Assembly: GCA_964452565.1 (NCBI GenBank)
Contig: CAYVLY010000001.1
Span: 643,053-707,052 of the forward strand
Direction of reading: 5' to 3'
Length of the DNA stretch: 64,000 nucleotides
From: an uncultured Gammaproteobacteria bacterium
GTDB lineage: Bacteria; Patescibacteriota; Patescibacteriia; UBA9934
In this document: positions 56,814 through 64,000 of the stretch, piece by piece
How positions within the stretch are numbered: the stretch's first letter is position 1
Layout of the letters: every line of letters starts with the position of its first letter
Notes under the pieces: model-generated
Told to the model about the DNA's origin: nothing
What the model saw: the letters and a program-made list of their open reading frames with translations, nothing else
The model's database searches: none
Translations under genes and position numbers: made by a program

Positions 56814-59558
56814 TTAAGCTCCAGCAGGAGCAGTTTGTAAGTTTGTGCGTCGCACAAAGAAGTAAGCTAGTCCGATCAAAGCTGCTAGAAGTAACCCACC
56901 ACCAATCCATGGCGTGATGTTATTACTCTGTGCTGCCGCAACAGGTACTTCATCACTAACCTCCTTATTGACCTCTTCCTGAATTTGCACAACGTCTTGC
57001 GAAGTTCTTGGGTACACACGCTGTTCACCACTAACGGTTCGGAGAACTCCTGTGATCTCAAGCTCTGAACTCATTGAGCTCCACTGCATACCTTCATGTG
57101 TGTTTGCGACAATGGTGACACTGCCCGTTGAGTCACGAAGGACAATCTTTGTGTCGTTCATATCAATCACCTCGCCACGAACAGTAACTAATGATCCATC
57201 TAGCATTGAATCCAATCCATTGATCGATGTACTTGTTGCATTCAAGTCAACATGGCCGGTGATCTGGACATCTCCCATTTCAGAAAGCTTAACCCTTTGC
57301 TCCCCACGACTTTCAGAAAGCTCACCACTAGCAGTTACAACATCTCCAAGCTTCAACATTGGCCAGTCTGCGTAGTAGAAGTAGAGTTGCGCACCTTCGA
57401 TGAATGCAATCTGCGACCCAAACGTTCCAGGAAGCGCCGTTACAATCCCGCTGACAACTACCTCATCTGCTGAAGCAGATGAATAGCTTGAGTTTGATTT
57501 GCTGCTAGAACTTGATGAGCTCGAAGTGGTTTTTGGCGTCTCTGCTATGGCAACAACGCGATGGGTTTCTGGTTCAGTGGAAACGTCATTATCATTTCCC
57601 GTGCTTGCCTGCTGATCATGTTGAACATCTTTGTGTTCATCTTGTTGATCAGTGCTGGACTCGGATGTTTCTGTGGTTGATGACTCTGACTGTGCTTCAT
57701 CTTCTGTGTTTTGGGTTCCGTTTTCTGTATCCTGTTGATTTTGCTCCTCCTCATAGTTTATTTCGTTAGCTGCAGATTTTGTTATGTCCGACGTAACAGC
57801 CCAGTCAGATCCACTCAGTGCCAGACTCTCGCCCTTGTTGGGCTTATCAACCTCCTCAGTTCCATAGCTTATGGAATCTATCAGATCACCAGCAGGGTCA
57901 TATAGGTACACTGTGTCGCCACCATTATTAAGTTTGCCCTTGGGCTCCTCGACCACCGCGTATTCATTAGGCCCGATCGTTCCTTTGAGCTCTGTTTTTC
58001 GATCAGTAGCATCAGCTACAGACCATCCAGTGAGGTCGATCGAATTATCGGTCGTATTGTATAGCTCGACCCATTCGACCTCACCCTCAACAGGGTCACT
58101 CACAAGTTCGTTAATGATCAACACACCCGATTCATACGAGAGAGATTCACTGGTCTCAGATTCATCTGAGTCGTCAGTTTGATTAACGACCTCGTCATCC
58201 ACGGCCTCTTCTTCCGCCTCTTCTTCGTCAGCTTCAAGAGATCCCTCGGCTTCGCTCGGGATGGAGGGGGTATCGACTTCTTCAACCTCCTCGATTGCAT
58301 CAGATTCCTGAACCTCATCAGAGAAGATGTTAAGTGACCCCGGAGTCGGCTCTGTAGTTACGGTCCAGACGTTTTCGATTAGTGCTAAAGAGTAGCTTTT
58401 TTCTGGCGCTTCGATTTCATCGGTTCCGTAGGTAATCGAATCAACAACACTTCCATCAGGATCTACAAGCTCGATTGTGTCGCCACCATTGTTAAGTTGC
58501 CCTGAGGGGCTGTAAATGACCGCATAGCTTCCTGATTCGATTGAAGTTTTATCAAATACGGATGACCGTTCAATTGCATCATGCACTGTCCAACCTTCAA
58601 GTTCGACTGAATCACCTGTCGGGTTGTAGATCTCAACCCACTCTTCTTGGTCCTCAGCGGGATCGCTTACAAATTCATTAATAACCAGTGAGCTTTGATC
58701 CGCCTCTTTGACCCCCTCAGTCTCCTCAGTAGTATCGGACGTTACGTAGAGTGTTCCTGGTGTTCCAAGTTGATTAGAGTCACTTAAGTTCGTATTTGAT
58801 CCTGAGCTGTACCATCCAAGCGTTGCAAGGTCGCGCTGCATCGATGCCTTAGGGTCTGTGGATCCAGATGGAGGAGATCCCCCGTCTCCGGCAACATCAA
58901 CAACAGTTCCGTCTGGCATAGCAAGCATGATCTCAAGTGATGAGTTGCTTAAAGATACCGAGGCGGTCACAAGATCAGGCCGCACCGTTAAAGTTGTCTT
59001 GTCTGAGCCAAGATCGTAATTAGATACAAGCAATACATTGCCGGCAGCAAGCATGGTGCCGTCCGCAAGTGCTATCGCATTTCCAGAGGTGGCACATCCG
59101 GTGAGAATCCACCCGCTAAGATCCACATCCGCACCATGTGCGTTATAGAGTTCAATCCACTCATCGGCCTGTGAGAGTTCGCTTCCGGCCCAGTTAACCT
59201 CACCGATGAGGATATTTGGGACTTCTGTGGCGATTTCAGTACTGGCTGTTTCGACTCCAGATCCATCGGCCGCTGATCCTTTTGAGGATTCTTCCGCGGC
59301 TTCTTCAACAGTGGGTTCGTCAGTTTCTGATTCATCTCCTGTCGATCCTTCGGATTCTTGAGAATCTGGTTCTTCGACGACTTCTGGTCCATCTGCCTGT
59401 TCGGTCGTTGCGTCAGACTCAACTGTTTCTGTTTCTTCGAGCACGACTTGTTGCTCATCTGTACTCTCTGTTGTAGTTTGTGGTGCTTCCTGTGCACTGG
59501 CGGGTATTGCCAGCACAAAAAACACGAAGCAGAAGAGTCCATATAATAGTTTTTTCAT
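56814..59558 (-). CDS. Large secreted surface protein with three lamin-tail-domain (LTD) repeats, acidic or Ser-rich linkers and a C-terminal TM anchor
   Basis: Signal peptide MKKLLYGLFCFVFFVLAIPASA. LTD cores repeat three times: ILIGEVNWAGSE..WIELYN, LVINEFVSDPAED..WVEIYN and LIINELVSDPVEG..WVELYN. C-terminal anchor LLLAALIGLAYFFVRRT. Confidence 0.65.
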   Translation of the reverse strand: MKKLLYGLFCFVFFVLAIPASAQEAPQTTTESTDEQQVVLEETETVESDATTEQADGPEVVEEPDSQESEGSTGDESETDEPTVEEAAEESSKGSAADGSGVETASTEIATEVPNILIGEVNWAGSELSQADEWIELYNAHGADVDLSGWILTGCATSGNAIALADGTMLAAGNVLLVSNYDLGSDKTTLTVRPDLVTASVSLSNSSLEIMLAMPDGTVVDVAGDGGSPPSGSTDPKASMQRDLATLGWYSSGSNTNLSDSNQLGTPGTLYVTSDTTEETEGVKEADQSSLVINEFVSDPAEDQEEWVEIYNPTGDSVELEGWTVHDAIERSSVFDKTSIESGSYAVIYSPSGQLNNGGDTIELVDPDGSVVDSITYGTDEIEAPEKSYSLALIENVWTVTTEPTPGSLNIFSDEVQESDAIEEVEEVDTPSIPSEAEGSLEADEEEAEEEAVDDEVVNQTDDSDESETSESLSYESGVLIINELVSDPVEGEVEWVELYNTTDNSIDLTGWSVADATDRKTELKGTIGPNEYAVVEEPKGKLNNGGDTVYLYDPAGDLIDSISYGTEEVDKPNKGESLALSGSDWAVTSDITKSAANEINYEEEQNQQDTENGTQNTEDEAQSESSTTETSESSTDQQDEHKDVQHDQQASTGNDNDVSTEPETHRVVAIAETPKTTSSSSSSSSKSNSSYSSASADEVVVSGIVTALPGTFGSQIAFIEGAQLYFYYADWPMLKLGDVVTASGELSESRGEQRVKLSEMGDVQITGHVDLNATSTSINGLDSMLDGSLVTVRGEVIDMNDTKIVLRDSTGSVTIVANTHEGMQWSSMSSELEITGVLRTVSGEQRVYPRTSQDVVQIQEEVNKEVSDEVPVAAAQSNNITPWIGGGLLLAALIGLAYFFVRRTNLQTAPAGA

Positions 59559-59719
59559 AGATATTCAGTTTTGAATGAACAGGATCCTGACAAAAAATTC
59601 CCCACACGCATTGGTAGCGTATAGGGAGTATTTGTATATTCATTACCTCATGTTTGAGGTGCTAGGTCAAGGGTAGGTGTGGAAAGATAAAACAAAACCG
59701 CTGACTTTGCAGTCAACAG

Positions 59720-59742
59720 TTTTGTGGTGGGCGAGAAGGGAC
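59720..59742 (-). repeat. Direct duplicate, 23 nt long, of the tRNA-Leu(TAG) 3' end. It lies 190 bp downstream of the tRNA (minus-strand sense).
   Basis: ttttgtggtgggcgagaagggac at 59720-59742 is identical to 59912-59934. A further inverted, degenerate tRNA fragment (aaggcgtaagggctctcgtccc) sits between the two copies at about 59857-59879. Confidence 0.7.
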
Positions 59743-59916
59743 GTCGGCCCTCGTCGAGCTGAGCTCGACTTCAGCCTCCCAGCCTGCGTCGCTCAAAAAT
59801 GTATAAACGATGTTTAGCCACTTCTCTCGCTATCCTCGGCTGAACGAACCCTGTACATGAAGGCGTAAGGGCTCTCGTCCCTAAAATACAAAATCCAGTC
59901 TTGCGACTGAATTTTG

Positions 59917-60001
59917 TGGTGGGCGAGAAGGGACTCGAACCCTTACGCCTTGCGGCACTAGTTCCTAAGACTAGCGTGTCTACCAATTCCACCACCCGCC
60001 C
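59917..60001 (-). tRNA. tRNA-Leu (anticodon TAG)
   Basis: Hand-folded: acceptor GGGCGGG, anticodon stem CTAGT/ACTAG with loop CTTAGGA, long variable arm GTGCCGCAAGGCGTAAG, T-arm AAGGGTTCGAGTCCCTT, CCA encoded. Confidence 0.8.
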
Positions 60002-60067
60002 ATGGGTGCGAATTGCGACAGTATTATTACACAAATATACAAATTAATCAAGGCCTGGGGGTTATTG

Positions 60068-60101
60068 AAAAGCAAAAACGGACCCGTGTGAGGGGTCCGT
60101 T
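60068..60101 (-). terminator. Minus-strand intrinsic terminator after the MotB-like gene
   Basis: Minus-strand reading: acggacccctcacacgggtccgt followed by ttttgctttt. Confidence 0.6.
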
Positions 60102-60126
60102 GTGAACGGGAGTGCGCTTGAGCGAC

Positions 60127-60780
60127 CTAGTCGTCGCCGATGCGCAGGAGGTAGACGGCGATCCGTCGCCTTCCAGAGGCAGGGCTGGTTCCGGGGTTGT
60201 CGCCCAGGAACTGGTCAGGCCCGCTGCCAGAGGTCATGATCGTGATGTCCGTGATGTCTGCCGGTAGGTTCTGGTAGATCGTGTTGCCCACGAATGTGGC
60301 ACGGAGCTTTGCCAGATCTATGTTGTTGCACGGAGCTGGCAGTTTGGATCCGGCTTCGACAGCCTCGGCATAGGCATGGTCCCATCCGGCGCACGAGCCG
60401 CCGTTCATGGCGGTGCCGTCGGTGAAGCCCACGACCTGAACCAGGTTGAACCCTTCGTCGCGCATGCGCTGGGCGATCTGCGGGACGATATCGGTGCGGA
60501 TGCGATCCGCGACCTCGTCATCTTCCGATCGACCACTCTTGAAGACGTAGCCTGCGGCCTCGCTGAGCACGAACACCTGGTCGGTGATTGGCGTGAGGGG
60601 CTCGGGTTCGGGTTCCTCGATCTCTTGCTGCGCACGGATCAGTGGCAACAGCACGAACGCTGCGAGCATGAACATGATCACCAGGAACGAACAGTCGATG
60701 AGTGGAACGAAGAGCATGTGCGCTTCGTCGTCATCGCCTCCTTGCCCTGAGAGTCTGTAGAGGTTGATGTGTCGGAACAT
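60127..60780 (-). CDS. MotB/ExbD/TolR-family stator subunit with a C-terminal OmpA-like peptidoglycan-binding domain (ZorB-like)
   Basis: TM helix with conserved Asp, MLFVPLIDCSFLVIMFML, as in ExbD/TolR PFIDVMLVLL. C-terminal VQVVGFTDGTAMNGGS...NIDLAKLRATFV resembles OmpA/MotB V.GHTD..GS...N..LS..RA..V. GC-rich. Confidence 0.55.
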   Translation of the reverse strand: MFRHINLYRLSGQGGDDDEAHMLFVPLIDCSFLVIMFMLAAFVLLPLIRAQQEIEEPEPEPLTPITDQVFVLSEAAGYVFKSGRSEDDEVADRIRTDIVPQIAQRMRDEGFNLVQVVGFTDGTAMNGGSCAGWDHAYAEAVEAGSKLPAPCNNIDLAKLRATFVGNTIYQNLPADITDITIMTSGSGPDQFLGDNPGTSPASGRRRIAVYLLRIGDD

Positions 60781-60783
60781 GGA

Positions 60784-62097
60784 TCACTCCCCGTCCAGCT
60801 CGACGGACACCTGCTTGACCAGCCCGAGAGCCTCCATGAGCTTGGGATTTGAGCGGATCTTGGCAGCCAGGGTGGAGAGTCGAGCGGGCAGGAACCGCAG
60901 GCTATCGGACACGGCTGCAACACCAGGCCCATGGGAGGCTAGACCACCGACTGCCATATCGAGCTCACCGAGGCTTGCTATCGTGCCTTCTGGGATATCC
61001 AAGCTACCGACTGCCGTCGCGATGCCTTCGAGGGCCTTCAGGCCTCGCTCCATCTTTGCGGCATCCAGGGACTCGAACTGCGCGGCGCTGTCCTTGATGG
61101 TACCGAGCGCGCTGACGCCCTTGCTGACGTCGGCTCCTATGAGTGCAGCCAGGACATCCACGGCGAGCTGCAGTTGGGTGTTGACGTCGGTCAGGCCGGC
61201 TGCATCCACGTTACCGAGACGATCGAGCTGGGTGAAGACGGCATCGATGCTCTCGGCGTCGAGGCCCGCGAAGGCCGCGATGTATCTGTAGTATGCGTCG
61301 AGGACCTTCATGCCATTGCTGGCGTCTTCTCCTGTGAGTGCAGCCAGGACATCCACGGCGAGCTGCAGTTGGGTGTTGACGTCGGTCAGGCCGGTTGAAT
61401 CTATGCCATCCAGGCGCTCGAGCTCGCTGAACACCAGGGCTAGCTGTTCGGAGTCGACCTGGGCCAGGGCAGCTGTGCCTTGACCGGCCAGTTCCAGGGT
61501 CTCGGCCGCTGCTCGCTTCTCGCCGATGCCGGTCAGGTGTTCGTTGATCTTGCTCAACACACCCACCCTCTGACCTACTAGCTTGAGGCCTTCGTTCAGG
61601 TCGCCCAGGAGGGTGCGAACGCTGTTGAGTCGGCCCATGCGGTCGCCTGAGCTCTCGGCGCGCTCCATGTTGTGCGCGACTAGACCGGTGACCTTTTCGA
61701 GATCTTCCATCAGGTCGATGGAGGCCCGGATGTGTTCGTCCTGGCTCTTGGAGCGCATGACGAACAGGGCGCTCATGACGAGCGTACCGATCCAGCCCTC
61801 CAGGGAGGTGACAACGCAGATGCCGATGTCGTGCATAAGCTGTTGGTTGCTGGGGATCGCGCTGGCGCTATAGTCCATCAGGAAGAAGGTGGCGCCAATA
61901 ATGGTCCCCAGTACACCGAGCATCATGCTCGACGTCTTGAACCACACTGCGAGCTTGGCTCGGTCAGGCGGTCGTGTGAGGACCTGGCGGATGCTGAGGA
62001 TGAGCAAGATCGCCCACAACAGCGACCAGAAGATTGTGAATGCCATAATGATGTCTCCTTTCGGTAGACAGTGGAGGTTTTTGTGATACACTGGCAA
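60784..62097 (-). CDS. MotA/ExbB/TolQ-family ion-channel subunit with a coiled-coil C-terminal tail of about 300 aa that contains internal repeats (ZorA-like architecture)
   Basis: N-terminal TM core with MMLGVLGTIIGATFF (compare LGLLGTVIGL of MotA/TolQ/ExbB) and a following helix. It is then a long tail with duplicated blocks, GLTDVNTQLQLAVDVLAAL appearing twice (DNA repeats at about 61140-61210 and 61330-61400). It overlaps the downstream MotB-like gene by 4 bp. The probable start is the internal Met near 62046. Confidence 0.55.
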   Translation of the reverse strand: MPVYHKNLHCLPKGDIIMAFTIFWSLLWAILLILSIRQVLTRPPDRAKLAVWFKTSSMMLGVLGTIIGATFFLMDYSASAIPSNQQLMHDIGICVVTSLEGWIGTLVMSALFVMRSKSQDEHIRASIDLMEDLEKVTGLVAHNMERAESSGDRMGRLNSVRTLLGDLNEGLKLVGQRVGVLSKINEHLTGIGEKRAAAETLELAGQGTAALAQVDSEQLALVFSELERLDGIDSTGLTDVNTQLQLAVDVLAALTGEDASNGMKVLDAYYRYIAAFAGLDAESIDAVFTQLDRLGNVDAAGLTDVNTQLQLAVDVLAALIGADVSKGVSALGTIKDSAAQFESLDAAKMERGLKALEGIATAVGSLDIPEGTIASLGELDMAVGGLASHGPGVAAVSDSLRFLPARLSTLAAKIRSNPKLMEALGLVKQVSVELDGE

Positions 62098-62282
62098 CTT
62101 TGGTAAGGGGCCGGTGTTGCCAGGAGGCGGACTGATTTTTAGTAAAAACTACAAAGCATTCCGCCGCCTGATAACCTCGAAAATTAGCAGGAAATAAGGA
62201 TTTTGTCAATGATTGGCCGAATTTTCTTGAATTATTAGCCTATAATGCTATGCTGCAACTCCCGTGATATACTCATAGGGTT

Positions 62283-62879
62283 ATGAAAATTGTATTAGTA
62301 CACGGCTACAAGGGTAGTTCTCGAACCAACTTTTTTCCATGGCTTACTGACGAGCTTCGTAAACAGGGGCATGAGGTGGTTTGTTTAGATCTGCCAAATC
62401 CAGAAAATCCAGATCCAGAAGAGTGGACAAAGTATTTGGTTGAAGAGGTAGGGCCGATTGATGATGAGACTATTATTTTCGGACATAGCTTAGGTGGCAA
62501 TGCGGCAATCAGATTTTTAGAAGCTGCTGAGGCTCATTCAACACCACGTGCATGTGTTATTTCATCAACGCCATGGATGATTCGTAATGAACGATTTCGT
62601 GGATTCTTTCTTTCAGAGCTAGATTTTGATGTTTTAATGTGGAAGGCGTCACGCTTTGTGGTCGTCCATTCTAAGGACGATGACGTAATTCCATTTGATC
62701 ACGCACAAAAGTACGCAGATGTACTGCACGCGAAGTTGATTGAAGTGGACGGCTGTGGGCACTTTGATGGTGAGCAGTACCCGGTGCTACTTGAGACGAT
62801 CGAGAACTGCATAAAAGAAGAGATACAATTTGAGCCGGGAGAGGGAATAGAAAACGAGTACGAGGAAGTTGATAGATGA
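62283..62879 (+). CDS. Alpha/beta serine hydrolase of the YdeN/RBBP9 family
   Basis: N-terminus KIVLVHGYKGS with nucleophile motif GHSLGG. Confidence 0.65.
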   Translation: MKIVLVHGYKGSSRTNFFPWLTDELRKQGHEVVCLDLPNPENPDPEEWTKYLVEEVGPIDDETIIFGHSLGGNAAIRFLEAAEAHSTPRACVISSTPWMIRNERFRGFFLSELDFDVLMWKASRFVVVHSKDDDVIPFDHAQKYADVLHAKLIEVDGCGHFDGEQYPVLLETIENCIKEEIQFEPGEGIENEYEEVDR

Positions 62880-62970
62880 TGAAAAAGAACCGGCCGTGAG
62901 GCTGGTTCTTTTGATGGTGGTATTCCAGCCACCATCCATCCCGAGCGACCGTAGGGAGTTGAGGGATCTT

Positions 62971-63393
62971 CTAGTAATGGTATTCCTTACTGTGATTGAT
63001 TGTGCACGCGCGGTAGAGTTGTTCTAAAAAGATCAAATGCGTCAGGTCGTGCGTAGTTGTCATTGGTGAAAGAGAAAGTCGTAAGTCGGCTTTGTTTTTT
63101 ATTTCATCTGATAAACCCTTAGCACCACCAAGAATTACCGCGATGTGCTGGCCTTGGTCTTCAAGGGTTTTGATTTTCAAAGCAAACTCTTTCGAGTTCA
63201 TGGTTTGTCCGAATTCATCTAGCACGATCAGGTATGTATCTGATGGAATTCTATCAGAGAGATCGTCTGTAGATTTCAATATCCGGTGTTCGAATTTAAC
63301 AAAGGCTTTTAGGGGTTTCAAAAGTTCATTTCGAATTTGATCAAACCCACCCTTAGGTAGATCACCAACCGAATAAAAATCAAGATAAATCAT
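62971..63393 (-). CDS. rlmH: 23S rRNA (pseudouridine1915-N3)-methyltransferase RlmH (SPOUT)
   Basis: Pattern IVLDEFGQ...VILGGAKGL...LSLSPMTTTHDL...LEQLYRA, typical of RlmH. Confidence 0.75.
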   Translation of the reverse strand: MIYLDFYSVGDLPKGGFDQIRNELLKPLKAFVKFEHRILKSTDDLSDRIPSDTYLIVLDEFGQTMNSKEFALKIKTLEDQGQHIAVILGGAKGLSDEIKNKADLRLSLSPMTTTHDLTHLIFLEQLYRACTINHSKEYHY

Positions 63394-63479
63394 AGTTTTA
63401 GCTTTATAAGTCGAATTCTCCCATTATTAGCCAAAAAGTCAACCCGAAACCTTATCCCCACCTAGTCATAATGAATTAC

Positions 63480-63508
63480 TTGACATCATCTGATACCTAT
63501 TATACAAT
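63480..63508 (+). promoter_or_regulatory. Consensus sigma70 promoter (TTGACA, 17-nt spacer, TACAAT) upstream of the 23S rRNA leader
   Basis: TTGACA at 63480-63485 and TACAAT at 63503-63508. Confidence 0.6.
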
Positions 63509-63715
63509 TCTCGCGCATTCACAATTTATCTACTACTCCGTTTGTCCCGTGTGTGGGGACTTCAGGGAGTGTATGAGGGAAGTAAGTTCGGGAAAACATA
63601 CACCTCGCAATATAACTGGGTAGTGGGACCTAAGCGGTTCTGCTGTACAAGGCAGAATTTTTGTTCGGAAAATTTCCGAGTCAGAGATGAAGCGCTCATT
63701 ATGAGAATTTCTCTC

Positions 63716-63732
63716 TGATCTTTCACAATTTA
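63716..63732 (+). promoter_or_regulatory. boxA-like rRNA antitermination element in the 23S leader
   Basis: TGATCTTTCACAATTTA compared with E. coli boxA TGCTCTTTAACAATTTA. Confidence 0.5.
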
Positions 63733-63849
63733 GAGTCAAATAACAATCAACGAAACGCGAGATTTCTTCGGAAATCTCAAATTCAAAAAATGAAATTTCT
63801 TAATTGAAATTTCGAGTTAAAGTCTTTTAACTTAAACGTCTTGAGTGAG

Positions 63850-64000
<151 letters not shown>

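Noticed and set aside
59771-60034. 87-aa ORF overlapping tRNA-Leu(TAG)
   Set aside because: It overlaps a well-folded tRNA gene and its att-like repeats. The translation has no protein-like features.
61140-61400. Internal direct DNA repeats of about 70 bp inside the MotA-like gene, as a possible mobile-element signature
   Set aside because: The repeats are in-frame and encode duplicated helical blocks of the protein tail. They reflect protein-level repeat expansion rather than an inserted element.

Overview
This 64-kb window looks like the replication-origin region of a small, relatively AT-rich bacterial genome, probably a reduced, CPR/Patescibacteria-like organism. That guess rests on the membrane pyrophosphatase, the lamin-tail-domain protein, the many small pilin paralogs and the unlinked 23S; it was not verified. 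Strong core-gene calls include the pnp 3' end, dksA/traR-like, lspA, yifB/comM, an M23/LysM peptidase, hppA (H+/Na+-PPase), tig, rpmH-rnpA-yidD, dnaA-dnaN, a class-A PBP, a NifS-IscU-ferredoxin-oxidoreductase block, galU, wzx/wzy-like genes, a SpoIID-like protein, maf, ruvB, rlmH and the 5' end of a 23S rRNA that carries its own promoter and a boxA-like element. Four tRNAs lie on the minus strand: Cys-GCA, Leu-TAA, Gly-GCC and Leu-TAG. Three of them carry partial duplicates of themselves nearby. A short GC-rich, foreign-looking islet sits on the 5' side of every one of the four. The most interesting of these islets holds a two-gene MotA/ExbB-like plus MotB/ExbD-OmpA-like stator module at 60127..62097. 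The channel subunit has a long repetitive coiled-coil C-terminal tail, which is ZorA/ZorB-like (Zorya-like) architecture. No motility, TonB or Tol partner genes are present, so this is a candidate minimal ion-driven defence or energiser system. A second notable structure is a 3.4-kb GC-rich cassette (35686..39171) bounded by 66-bp terminal inverted repeats that match at 65 of 66 positions. It carries three membrane or secreted ORFs and no transposase. Immediately upstream of it is a tandem array of six TrbC/VirB2-like pilin paralogs. Other points are listed under findings: three perfect DnaA boxes 14 kb from dnaA, placed in front of a strong promoter that drives an ORF-free transcript of about 350 nt; a 2.3-kb ORF-free, hairpin-rich region; two tandem sRNA-like units, each ending in a terminator; and an RNA-polymerase alpha-CTD-like protein inside a GC-rich islet. 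All compositional statements are by-eye estimates. No database or covariance-model searches were possible.
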